DNA of 64,000 bases from Fonticula alba ATCC 38817 (Eukaryota > Protista > Nucleariida): the NCBI GenBank assembly GCA_000388065.2, contig KB932207.1. One strand, given 5' to 3'. Made by a program: the position numbers and the translations under genes. Every line of letters begins with the position of its first letter. Positions within the stretch are counted from its first letter, which is position 1. The notes under the pieces are model-generated. The model was not told the DNA's origin, did not search any database, and was given only the letters and a program-made list of their open reading frames with translations. This document shows positions 42,883-55,532 of this stretch, in pieces.

Positions 42883-45800
42883 CTAAGGCAGGATCTCGCC
42901 CATCTCCATGGATGTGTTGCTCATGCCCGGGCCGGCGCTGGAGCCGGCCTTGGCGCCGGTGGGCTTGCGCATGACCAGCACCACGACGACGGCCACGATG
43001 ATGATGGCCAGCAGGGGCAGGCCTACCCCGAGGCCGATGGCCAGGGCGGTCTTGTTGCGGCCGGAGGACGGGACATCGCTGCTGCTGTTGCTGCTGTTGC
43101 TGCTGTTGCTGCTGTTGCTGCTGTTGCTGCTGTTGCTGCTGCTGCCATTGCTGCCATTGCTGCTACTGCTGCTGCTGCCATTGCTGCTGTTGCTGCTAGA
43201 GCTGCCACCTGGCGCACTGTCACTCGTGGAGGTGCTACTGTCGTCATCCGGAAGCGGAGGGGTGCACTCGGCCGAGGTGGGCCCGGTGCATGCAGCACAC
43301 TTGGGATGGCAGGGGGCGCAGGCATCGGCGCCCGGGAGGCGATACGAGCCGGCGGGACAGGCATCCAGGCAGCCGGCGCCGGGGACGAGAATCGGCCGGG
43401 CCGGCTTGCAGGCGGTGCACTGGCCGGCCGCGGGGCCGGAGCACTCGGCACAGGTACCATCACAAGCCAGGCAGGTGCCGCCCTGCGCCGGGAAGGAGCC
43501 CGGGTTGCAGGCTTCGAGGCAGCCGACGCCGGGCTGGAGCAGGCGCCCGGGAGCGCAGGCAATGCAGGCGCCCGGGTCATAGGCGTCGGAGCACGTGCTG
43601 CAGGTGGCATGGCAGGGGAGGCAGTTGCGGCCGACGGCCGAGGGGACCATGTTGCTGGGGCAGCTGCTGGCGCATGTGCCATCCGTGACCGAGAGGTAGC
43701 CGGTGCCCAGGCAGGCAGTGCAGTGGAGGGGCTCGGGGCCGACGCACTCGGCACAGCCGTCGGCACAGGGCCGGCAGCCGGCCTCGCCGGTCGGGCTGTA
43801 GGAGCCGGCCGGGCAGGCGTCCAGGCACTGGCCCAGGGCGAGGAACATGGCGTGGCGGCAGCTGGAGCAGTGGGTGGCGGCCGGGCCGAAGCAGCTGGCG
43901 CAATGTTGGGCACAGGGCTGGCAGGCGCCGGCTTCGGGGAAGGTGCCGAAGGGGCAGCTGGTCAGGCAGCTGCCCTGGTGGGCGAGGGTGCCATGCTCAC
44001 AGGTGTCGCACGCGAGGGGGCCGCTGCACAGCCGGCAGCCGGCCGGGCATGGGACACACGCGTGACCCTGGGTCGGGTCGCGGAAGAACCCGGTGTGCGG
44101 GCAGTCCCAGGTGCAGCGGCCGTTGACCAGCTGGACCGGGTCGGTGGCCGGGCAGGAGAGGCACACCTCCGGCCGGGCCGGGTCGCAAGTGGCACAGCCC
44201 GCGCCGCAGACGCCGCAAAGGCCGGCCTCGATGTTGGGATAGTAGCCCGGGGGGCACATGTCCGGCAGGACGCACATGGAGTAGGGAAGCAACAGGTAGC
44301 CGGGCTGGCAGCGCAGGCACATGGTGGCATCCTGGTTGAGGCATGTGGCACAGTTGGCGATGTTGCAGGGGCAGGCGCCGGGGCCGCCGGGGCAGGGGGG
44401 CGGCTGGCAGGCCAGATCCGCCCCGGGGGTGAGGATATCGGTGGGCAGGAAGCACCGGAGGCACTGGGCGGACTGGGTCCCGGTGCACTCGGCACACAGG
44501 GGATAGCAGGCGTCGCAGACGCCGGGGCTGGCCCCCGGGCGGGGGAAGCTGCCTTGAGGGCAGTTGGCCACGCAGATGCCGTTCGACAGGAAGTAGCCCT
44601 CCTGGCAGGAGAGGCACTGGCCGTGGGGGTCCTGCTGGCAGGTGGCACAGTGGTCCGGGCAGGCCCGGCATGTGCGGCTGGTCGAGTCGTAGATGGCATT
44701 GGCCGGGCAGGCGGTGCAGTGGGTCGAGGCGCCGGGGGCGCAGTGCAGGCAGTCGGTGCCGGCGCAGGCGACGCACTGGCCGGTGGCGGGGTCGAACCCG
44801 CTGCCCGGCGAGCAGGAGGTTTCCTCGCACAGGCCGGTCAGCTGGTTGACCGAGTAGCCGGGGATGCAGGCGTGGCAGTCGCCGGGGCCGGAGCACGAGT
44901 CGCACCGAGTGCTGCAGGGCTGGCAGCGGCCGGTGGTCTCGTCGAGCCAGAGCCCCGGAGCGCAGGCCGTGCAGCGGCCGGGCACCCCGGTGCAGGCATC
45001 GCACCCGGCCGCGCAGGCCACGCAGCCCCGGCCATCGGAGGTGCGGTTGTAGCCGGCCGGGCAGCCGGCCACACAGGCCTGCCCGTGGTCCAGGTCCAGC
45101 AGCCCGGCCGGGCAGGTGGCACACCGGCCGGGGCGCTGCACCGAGCAGGTGCCGCACGAGTCGTCGCACTCGCCGCACGTGCGCGGGTCCACCTCGCCGC
45201 TGGCCGCCTCGTCATAGAGCGGCCGCCGGCCCGCGGGGCAGGCGCACTCGGTGGCCGTGGCCAGCAGGCCCGCCGGGCAGGCGCAGTCCGGGCCGTCTTG
45301 CACCTGCACGGCATGCGCAATGCAGGCACAGGCATTGCCGGCCACATCGAAGAGGGTGTTGGCGCCGGGGCACACGCAGGAGAAGTCCTCCTGGCTGAAG
45401 GCAGTCCCGGGTGGGCATTGTGGGGCCGTGGTGTCCGGGTGGGCGTAGACCCTGACGCGCGGCCCGGCGGCGGTGTCCTCGGTCAGGACCACGTCCATCA
45501 GGCCGTCATTGTTGAAGTCCACGATCTGGATGACGGGACCGGGCGAGGCGGCGGCCTGCCCCGCGGCCAGGGCGCTGCCCGGCATGACCACCACCCGGCG
45601 GAAGGAGATGGCCTGGCGGTCGGCCGCCAGGGTGTCGGCCAGGTAGAACACCACCCGGCCGGTGGCCCGGTCCACCAGGACTAGGTCCTCCTGCCCGTCA
45701 CGGTTGAGGTCCATGACGGCCAGCTCGGATTCCGGGCTGACGGCCAGGTGCTCGATGACCGCCAGCGGGCAGCCGGAGTCCCGCCGGCCGGAGAGGTTGC

Positions 45801-48800
45801 CCTCGAGGAAGGGGTCGGCCAGCAGGCCGGCCGGGGTGGCGAAGGGCGACGCGCCGTAGGCCTCCTCGAAGTCCCACAGGCTCTGGTCCGCGAGGCAGTC
45901 GAAGGGCTGGGCCACGATGCCGGCCGGGGCGCCGTCCGCCCGGACGAAGACCGCATGGGCCAGGGTGTCGGTCGCCTGGCGGTAGAAGAGGGCCTGGTGC
46001 AGGGGCACGTCGTCGCCCGGGGGCTGGAAGAACAGGAATTCCGGCTCCTGGTAGTAGCTGTGGATGAAGAGCACGGCCGGGCGCTCGCCGGCGGTGCCGG
46101 CCAGGGCCGGATAGAGGCTAGTGGCCGATGGCAGGGCCAGCACCAGGCACTCGCCCCACTGGTAGTCGACCCGAGGCACGCTGAGCCGGGGCCCGAAGGA
46201 GGGGAGGGTGATGAGCAGGGTGGCGATGGAGTAGGGCAGGTCCCAGTAGCCGGCCATCCAGGTGGGCAGCAGGAGGAGGTGCTCGGGCGGGGCGTCCGGG
46301 TCGGCGCCCGGGGCCCGGCGCAGGAGCGAGGGGATGCGCGGGTCGCGCTGGCCGTGGAGTTGCACCGGGGCGAAGGCCAGCTCGGTGGCCGGGTGCGGCA
46401 GGGGGAACATCAGCACCGACAGCGGGTCGCGGTGGGCACTTTCCGTTGGCTGGACCATGCCCGGGGCGATGACGAGCGACATGAGGGTGGCGACAACCGG
46501 CAGATCGGCGTCCAGGTCGGCCGGGCGGCGGACATACCCAAAGCCGTAGTGGGGCAGGAGGCGCAGATCGGTGTCGATGCGCGAGAGGCCGACACTGCCG
46601 GTGGAGAAGGGGGCCATGCTGAGCGCCAGGCCGGAGGCCTGCGACTCGCGCGGGGCAAGGGTCTCCCGGGTTTGGAGCCCGGCCAGGAAGGGCGGCGCAA
46701 TCGGGCGCAGAAGCTCGGCCAGGCTGGTGACCGGGGGGAAGTCCGTCGGGTCGGAGCTGGGGTATTGGCTGGCGGCGGGCCCGCCGGGGGGGGAGGCCGA
46801 TCGCATGGGGCCGGCGGCCGGGGACCGGGCGAAGAGGGTGGCGAAGCTGGAGAAGCCGGCGCGCGAAGGGGGGCGCGGCTGCGGCCGGTGGTGGCCGGCC
46901 GCCCGGGGAGACTGCGCGCCCATGGCGGCAAGCCCCCGGATGCCGGCATCCCAAGCAAGGAAGTCCTCGAGGACTTGGGGGAAGTTCACCTGGCGGACCT
47001 CGGTGGGCCGGCCATCGACGGCGGCCGGGCTGACCGGGATCAGGGTCAGGGCGTCGGCTTCCGGGCCGAAGTGCCCCAGGAGGCTGGGGGTGGCCGTGGC
47101 CACGGGCCAGGTCGTGGGCTGGCCTTCGAACACCAGGTGGGCCGGCCGGGCGTGCATGAGGCCGAGCGGCCGGAAGCCGGCCCACGATGCCTGGGGCATG
47201 ATCCGGGCCCAGGGCAGGAAGGCGGTGGGCGACGGGGCGAGGCATTGGCCCTTGGCCACCGGGGCATCCGGGTCCGGGCAGGCGGCAATGCAAGCGGTGC
47301 CGTCCTCGGCCAGGAGGAAGCCGGTGTGGCAGGCGAGACACCGGCCATCCAGGCACCGGCGGCAGTGGGGCAGGCTGCAGGGCGGGGTGCAGTCTGCGCC
47401 ATTAACAATGTCGAGTCAGTGGACCGGGGGCGGGGAAACAGGGGAAAGGCGGCGGGAGGACCATACCCTCCATGGTGTCCGGGTCACACAGGGCACACGG
47501 GACCTCGGGGGTGGCCACGCCGGAGAGGCAGACCGCCAGGTCGCCGGCCACCAGGGCAGTCGGCCGGGGGACGCAGCCGGAGTCGTCGGCCGTGCTGCAG
47601 GTGGTGGCGGACCAGGCGGGCCGCGGGGTGACGCAGGTGCCGAGGGTGCCGGCGCCGCAGCCATTGTGCGGGCCGGCCTCGGTGAAGAAGACCACCTTGC
47701 CGGTGTTCAGGCGGACGAGGGCCATCTCCGGCCGGCCGTCGGCGTCGAGGTCCAGGGGGACCAAGCGGATTTGGTCGGCAGGCGCGCCGGCGAAGGGCTG
47801 CATGTCCTCCGGGCGGCGAGGCACCACGGGCTGCACATCGAGGCGCAGGGCGCCGGAGGGGCTGATCTTGAGCACGGCGGCATAGGCCCACGAGCCGTCC
47901 CACAGGAAGAGCTGGACATGGTCATGGCGGGCGGTGTGCGGCACGATGGCCGCATGGAGGACCGGGGGCGAGGTGCCCGGAGCGTAGCCCAGATCGGCGG
48001 CCGTCAGCAGGGGCACCATGGTGTCCATGCGCGGGGTGCCGGCCGTCCGGGCGGTGAGGCTCGAGCGCCAGAAGAAGAGCAGCCCCGGCAGCCCCGGGGC
48101 ATTGCCCTCGGCGGAGATGAGCAGCGGCGGGGGCGCGAGCCCGGCCGGGTCGGCGGGCAGCGAGTGTGGCTGGCCGCAGGGGGCCAGGTCGCCGGCCGGG
48201 GTTTCCAGCGACAGGAAGGCCGTGCGGGAGGAGCTGCTGGCCATGTCCTCGGCCAGGAGGCCGGTCCAGTGGTACTGGCACAGGACATCGGCCGGCTGGG
48301 CCGAGGTGGCCACCAGCCACCGGTCCAGGCCCGGGTGGTTGTCCACCGGGTGCCAGGTGCCGGCGCGGAAATGGCGGTTGGGCGGCACCAGGCGCCGGGT
48401 GCCGAGCATGGGCAGGGCCGCGGCAATGCGCCGGCCCGGGGCCGGCCGGGCAAAGGCCAGGGCGTGACCATTGAGCGGGGTCATGTACATGGCATGGCAC
48501 AGCCGGGCCTCGGGGCTACCGCTGGCGGCCATGCATTCGACGGTGGTCCCGCCGGCATGCGGCACGAGGAGGGGCGCATCGCCATCCCGGCGAAGGAGGA
48601 GGGTGCTCAGGGCGTCGGCCCCGGTGGCGGTGGCATTGAAGTGGCCGCCGCCTGGCGCCGGGGTGGCATACGCCATCCAGGAGGTGGAGGCGAAGCCCAT
48701 GTGCAGGGCCTCGGCCTTGATCGGAGAGGCCGGGCTGAGGTCCGTCTGGTAGAGGTGCCCGAAGGCGCACAAATCGTGGAAGGCATAGCCCATGTTGAGG

Positions 48801-50616
48801 CCGACATCGAAGCTGACCACGGCCATGCGCTCGAACTGCGCGGTGGCCACCACCTCCGAGGCTTGGAAGTACAGCGGCAGGGTGGGGTCATCCTCCACAC
48901 GGACGCGCGTGGTCACGGGCGAGGCGGGCATGCAGCTGCCGTCCAGCAGGAAGGTGCCCGTGCGGCAGGTGATGCAATCGGTGGCGGTGGGACCGCTGCA
49001 TGCGGCGCAGCTGCTGTGACAGGCGAGGCACTTGTTGTCTGGGCGCCAGGGGCATGATGGGGCGGGGGGGGGGGGGGGGAATGGGTCAATACCGGCAGGG
49101 GGAGCGGTCAAGGGCTGGCCCAATGAGCAGGGGCCGGGCGCCGCGCACCGTCACCGAGGAAGAAGCCCGCGAGGCAGGCCTCGCACGGGAAGTAGGTGTT
49201 GAGGAGCTGGCGATGGGCCAGGGCGCAGGTGCAGGCCGGATGGACATGCGGGCCGCCCTGGTGAATGCACTGGGCCTTGGGGCCGCAGAGGCACGTGGGC
49301 GCGGCGCTGTGCAGCGAGTACAGGCGGATGGCGCTCGGGTCGCTGTCATGGGCGAGGGCGATGTCCAGGTGGCCATCACCATCATAGTCGCCGCTGGCCA
49401 GGCCGACCCACCGGCCGGAAGGGGCATCCGGCACCAGGGCAAAGTAATCAATGGCATTGAGGGTCATCGGCGAGGCGGGGGCCTCGGCGGCGGCGTCGCG
49501 CGGCCCGGTCAGCACCAGGACGCGACGACCCCCGGCGATGATGAGGTCGTGGTGGTCCGGGGAGGTGACGCGCGCGGCGGTGGCCTTGAACAGCTCGCCG
49601 GTCCAGGTGCCGGGCGGGCTGCCGCGGTAGAAGTCCGCCAGGTCGATGACGACCGGCTGGGCGAACTGGTTGCCGGACAGGAGGAAGAAGAGGGCCGGGG
49701 CATTGGCGGACCCGAGCCCGGGGAGGACCACAATGTCCGAGGCATTGCCATCGCCATCGAAGTCGCCGACCACCATGCCGCCAGGCAGGAAGCCCGGTGG
49801 CAGGACGGCCAGGATGCGTTCCTGGCAGAAGCTGGCGCCCAGGAAGTCCGACAGCAGGGTCAGGCAGTACCCCTGACCGGGGTGGTCTTCGTGCTGGCTG
49901 GCGATGAGGGCCTCGGCGTGGCCGTCGGCATCGATGTCCACGGCGATGGCCCCGCGGATGTTCTTCAGTTGGGGGAAGGTGTCGGCTTTGGAGTAGTCGT
50001 GCTCCGGGTCGGGGCCAAGGACCTGCACAGCGATGTAGGTAGGGTGGCCGGCGAAGAACTTCACCAGGGCCCAGACGGCCGGGGCGTCCTGGCCATGGGG
50101 GAAGGCCGACACGACGACCGACGACAGGGTCGAGGCCAGGGAGGACCCGACGGCGAAGAGGCCATTGCCGCGGAGGAGGACCGGCGGGCTTTGGGCGAGG
50201 AAGAGATCCGCGAGCTGCCCGGCCAGCGGGTTGTACAGGGTGCTGGTGGGCGCGAGTGGGGCCCGGGGGAAGGGGCTGGTCGTGAGGCAGGACACGCTGC
50301 CGGGGCCGGCGTGGATGAAGCTGATCGGGGCCCCGGGGCTCGGCCGGGCCGTGTAGTGGGTCTCATAGAAGGACAGGTCGGCCAGGCCGTCGCGCGTGCC
50401 GGGCAGCAGGGTGTCCTGGCTGAAGAAGTCGCAAAAGTGGATGTCCCGGTTGAGATCGATGGTCGGGTTGTCCGGGCCGGGGATCGTGTGGACCCGGATG
50501 TATTCCAGGTGCGAGGGGGTGGGCTGGAGCCCGGCCTCGGCGAGCGGCGCGGCCGCCAGCAGCAGGATGCCCAGCACCAGGGCCAGCCACGGGAGCCGGC
50601 CGGTGGGCGGGATCAT
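42883..50616 (-). CDS. Kinase-less receptor-like surface protein (~2,516 aa): signal peptide, FG-GAP/VCBS-like modules alternating with Cys linkers, long furin-like stalk, Ser/Asn linker, one TM, ~30-aa tail
   Basis: In-phase exons 50616-49149, 49038-47467, 47393-42883. Signal peptide LPWLALVLGILLLAAAPLAEA. Ca-loop motifs VDIDADG, GDFDGDG, GDYDGDGHLD, DLDADGRPE, DLNRDGQED, DFNNDGLMD. TM ALAIGLGVGLPLLAIIIVAVVVVLVM, then RKPTG...MEMGEILP*. Confidence 0.88.
43080..43200 (-). repeat. Coding (AGC/AAC)n microsatellite encoding a Ser/Asn-rich juxtamembrane linker
   Basis: Plus-strand GCTGCTGTT repeats translate on the minus strand as SSSSNSSNGSSSSSSNGSNGSSSNSSNSSNSSNSSNSSNSSS. Confidence 0.9.
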
Positions 50617-53600
50617 GGCGCCGGAGGGGAGGAGGGGGATAGAGGGGCTGTGCGTATGGAGCGGGGGGGGGGGGGGGGCTAGGAACGGTCGCAGAGGGAT
50701 GGGGAGGCCAGCCTGATGGGGGGGGAGACGCGTGAGGGCGGGAAAGAAGGTGACAAGAGATCGAGCACGGTGCGGGCTGATATAGGTGCGCCGGGAATGG
50801 GCCGGGCTGCCGCTGCACCCGGTGGCTGCCCGCCGGAGAGGGGGACCGGAGGCTCCGCCCGCCTCCAGGCCGGGTGCCGGTTGGACTGGGGATCCACCCG
50901 TTTGGGGGCCCTGCGAGGGCCGGGACAGGGGATGCGGGGAGTACCGCGGCGGGACGCGCGGACCGGTGGCTCGCCCCCCAGTGTCCTGGCCCTCGGGGGG
51001 GAGGGGCGAACGCAGGCAAGACGCCGGCACCCCTGGGCGGACGGTGTGTTGCCGTGGCCCCCGAGCAGGGGGCCAGCGTGGGAGCAGCGTCGAAGAGCCT
51101 GGTCAGCAGGCACTCGGCTCGGCGGGTCGTGTGCGGGCACTGTCAACCAATGCACATGCCGTGTGGTGCAGGGCCGCGATATTCTGGGGGCCAAATAGAC
51201 CCTCAGCTGAGGTCCGGAAAAGCAACCGGGCGGGCCTGTGTGTGGGTGTTGCATGCGTGCTGTCCCCCTCGGGCCCCTGCGTGTACCTCCCCCACCTGGC
51301 CAAAAAGGGGGCCGGCGACCAGGGGCAACGACCACGAGCCAATGCCGCGGCTTGTGTGCTTGTCTGCCCGCGGGTGGCAGGCGGAATCTTGGGGGCGCGG
51401 CGGGTGGTCCCCTCGTACGGGGCCCCCACCGCGCCATGCGTCGCGCTCGGGCGAATAAAGGATGGCAAGAAAGAAATTCGGACCGGGGGAAGGACATCCA
51501 AATGGCCCCTGGAACAGGCCACCACTTGTAATCGAGACCGGTATTCCGGTTAATGTGACACTTCGTGGGCATTTTTCCCTGGTCCGGTTGTCTGGCCGGC
51601 TGGGAGAGGAGCGCATGCTCCCCCCGAGCCCCGGGTGCTTGCTGGTCCGTCGGATGTTCCCACATTCGCCAACTGCGGGGGGCCTCGAGCCTGTGGGCGG
51701 CGTTGGCTCCGGTGCGGGGCACGAGTCGGTCTCGTGCGGGGGGTCACATGTCCCGCATCTGGCCGGGGCGCGCGACCGGCAGCGAGGCGGCCCCCCGCCA
51801 CCATCTGGGTGGGAAATCCGGACGTGGGCCGGTTGCCGCGCAGGGGACCCCCTCGGAGGTGGTGCGGCGCGCTGGCCGGCCTCCTAGCCTTGCCAGCTTG
51901 GTGCGCGCGTGCACGGGCGCGGTGTGACGCTCGTGAGGGCGGCATCCAAGGTCGAAGACCATATCCGAGCCGGGGCGGAGCGTCGAGACCCGAGCGGGCA
52001 CCCGTCATCGAGCAACCCCCGGTGAAACAAACACAGCTTCTCACCAGGAAGCCGCCCTTGGGACCACGACACGGACTCTCCAGTCGAACCGACGCGTGAG
52101 CATGCTGAGCCGCGCGGGGCGCGCATCGCTCGAGGGGATGCCCAGCAGGAGGCCACGCCGCGCCCCGGGGGCGCACACCGAAGGCCGTGGGGATGTCAGA
52201 CACACTGGAGAAGCGTCGAACGGAGCCGCCTCCGCGTCGGCCATGCACACGAACAGGGAAGTGGCACCGACGCCCGAGGACAGGGCGCCTGCCGAACACG
52301 CCAGCAGGCGGGCAGAGGCCCACCGTGCTCCCGGTCTCTCGGTCCGAGTCTGTGCCTGGCCATCGAAGGGACTCGGAGCATGGTTGCCACGGCCGCCGGG
52401 CCGACCGGCGCGCGCGCTCTGCCTTTTTGCGGCGGAAGGGGGGGGGGCATATTCTCCCCCCACGCCTCTCGTGCCCTGGCGGAGTGTGATGCCCGCTTGG
52501 GTCGCTGGCGCTGGAACCTTGCGTTTGGGACATCGGGTCGCGGGCGAGGACATTGGCGCAACGATCGCCTGAGTGCGATCCGCCTGGCCAAAGGGCGGCG
52601 GCGGTGTGTGCGGTCGGGGCACCCATGGCACCAATGCCAGGGGGGGAGGGGGGGGGGCCTGGGCATCGGCGTGGCCACAGCATCCCAGGAGCAGGGCTGG
52701 CCGCCGGTTGGCCAGCCACTGGCGGCACTGTGTCTGGCGAGATCGCCGGCGCCCGGCGCGAGATCGGTGGCGATGGGAACGACCTAACCGGGCATGCAGG
52801 CGCTCGAGTGCACTGGGGGAACCAGGAGGGGCACCTGGTGTTCGTGGAAGAGACGGTCGCGGCCGGCGGGTTCCGCCGGTGTCGGATGGTGCTCCCATGC
52901 CGATGGCACACCTGCCGGGGGGGGGGGGGGCGGCTCGGAGTGCTGGACATGCTGGCGAAAGGCCGGGGCATGGGTCGCCGGCGGCCGTGGGAGCGGGCGA
53001 CCAGGCTCGTCCCTCTGTCGAGAGGATGGATTGCCATGCACCGGCCCGTTGGCCGCGGGCTGTGCCGGCGGAAGGCGTCAACCGGGGCACAAGGGGGGGG
53101 CAAGGCCGGTGGGGCCAGCTGCACCGGCCGATGGGGCGATTGTGCTGGGGACGTCCCCCGAGGAAGTACGCCCATGTGGGCTGGCATGGCAAGAGCCGGC
53201 CAGAGAGGGTGGCGCCGTGCCCGGGGGAGGGGAGGGGGGCCCCACTGTGAGCCCGGTACCAGGACCAGTGCGATGGGGCAGACGGCCCTTTGCCCCGGCT
53301 CGGTGGCAGAGCCCCCCCCCCCCCCCCCCCGGCGGGGCATCAAGTACCGTCGGCACCGGCCGAGAGGGGAGTGCTGCCACGGCCGACGTCTTCCCCGGGG
53401 ACTTGCCTGGCCGGCGGGTCCCGGGTCGCCGGGGGCCGGACGCAAGCATGAGGGCCTTTCGCTCGGGGCCATCACGCGTGGGCCAGGCCCCGGGCGTGGC
53501 AGACCGAGGATCCAGGCCGGCGGTCGAAGCTGCTTGGGGCGCATGCAGGCCGACGGACGAGCAGCCCACACCAAGGGCGCGAAAGGGAAGCATGTCCACG

Positions 53601-55532
53601 CAGCCGGAGGGCCGGGCCCCGAAGGTGCCAGGATCCCGCACCGGCGCCGCGTGTCACTTTGGCGAGTGCATGCCACCGGCGGAGGAGGCGCGGGCCGGTC
53701 GCGGTGGGACGGTGCTTGGGCTTACCCTGCGGCAGGTGACACCGACGCAGCTCGAGGGGCTGAGAGGGGCGCATGTCTCGGACGCTGAGGCCGGGGCCTT
53801 GGGCCACGCTGGGGAAGGACGGGCGCGGGAGGAGAATCGGGACCTCGTGTTTGAGGCGACGCGGGATTGGATGCCGGCGACCGGGGGGCGGGGTCGGCAC
53901 CGGGGCCGGTGATGTGTCTGGCGGCCAAGGGGGCACGCGCGCCGGACTGCGGGCGGCAGACAGAGGGGCACAGCCCGGAGCGGAGACAGGGCGACAGGCG
54001 CCGGTCTGGGACGGACTTGGCGGCCCGGGCTCGACCCGGCCGGGACACGAGCCTGGCGCGTGTGCCGGCGCTCGCCCCGTCCGGGAGCCAAAACAACCGA
54101 CGCGCCGCAGGGCGGGGCGGGCACAGCTGCCCTCCCTGCGGCGGTGGAGATCGGGCTGGGAGGCCGAGTGGGCCATTCGTTGGCACCGTGGCACGTCTTC
54201 GCGCGCGACGCTCCGGTCTCCCTTCCAGGGCGAAAAAGAGACATAATATAGGCCGTGTTGTATTTTCGGGAGGCCGGGGGGAAAGTCCAGCCGGTGGGGT
54301 CCTACACGATTTCTCCAGCCCCTCTCGCCGGCCTTTTCCGCCCCTGCCATGCACCACGCGATGTTTACGTGTCCCTCTTTTGGCCGCCCTCACCCGTTGA
54401 CCCTCTTCGGCCCTGCTGGCGGGACAGTGGCCACCCATGCGAGGGGGACTCTCTATCTCTCCCTGTCTCTCTTTTTCCTTTCGTTCCCTCCTCCTCGCTG
54501 CGTGTACTTGTCTGCGCATCCCTCGCACAAGTGGCCTCTCGGTGTCTCCATCTGTGTGCGAGCCGCGCGGCGTGTTGGGGAAGCCAGGATTCCTCGCCTC
54601 GGTCACCGGGGCGCGCCCCGGTTCGGGCGTGGCCCCACACGCTCCAACCGCATCTGTGGCGGCGCGCGCGCGCGGGCGCCTTGCGCCCTCCCCCCTGGCT
54701 TGGTCCTCTTTCTCCACGCTGGCGGCTTCCTCTGCGGACAGACCCGTCTGGCGGGCGGCGGGGGGGAGGGGCAGCGTGGACCGCAGGGCACCTCATGGCA
54801 CGGGGGCCGGAAGCCCGAGGCCGGGAGGGCCGGGGCGGGGAGGGGAAGGGGGGACAGTGCGCCCGGGGAGGGGCCTGGGCTGGTGGATGTTTCTTTCCGG
54901 AGGGGCGAGGGCACGCAGGATCGGCGCACTATGCCGCGTGAGCGTTGTGTGGTGTCATGTGTGTCCCTCATGTGCGTCACATGCCCACTGGGTCCGCGGA
55001 GCACGCCGCCTCGTCGCTCGCCGAGCATGTCTTCGGACCGAAGTCGTCCATCTGGGAAGTGCCCACGGTGGGGGGGGGTGACCGCGCGCCAGGTGGTGTG
55101 GGAACGGGGCTCGTTCGTGCGCGGAGGGGCGGAGAGGGCTCTACGCCCGGGGCCAGCACACACACACAGGGCCATCTGCCGGGTATTGTGTGCGAGGGGG
55201 GCCGTCGGAACTTGGCTGGGCCGGGCCACGCAGTAAATTCCCCCCCTTGGTATCCTGGTGCGCGGCCAGGCTCCCTTGGCGAGACTGGCCTGTTTTCGGG
55301 ATTATACCCCCCCCGGGTCGATGTCTTTCTTTATGGGCGGCCAGCCCCCCCCCCGGAGCCCCGTGGCTGTCTCAGGGCAGACAGTCAACCTCTCCCCTTC
55401 CTGCCCTGCTCGACCCTCTCTCTCTCTCTCCCTCTCTCTCTCTCTCTCTCCTCCCTCTCCTTTGCTCTCCCCCCCCCCCTTTAGTCCCCCATTACCACCT
55501 ACCCACCCCTGTCTCTTCCTCCCCGAAGCCGG

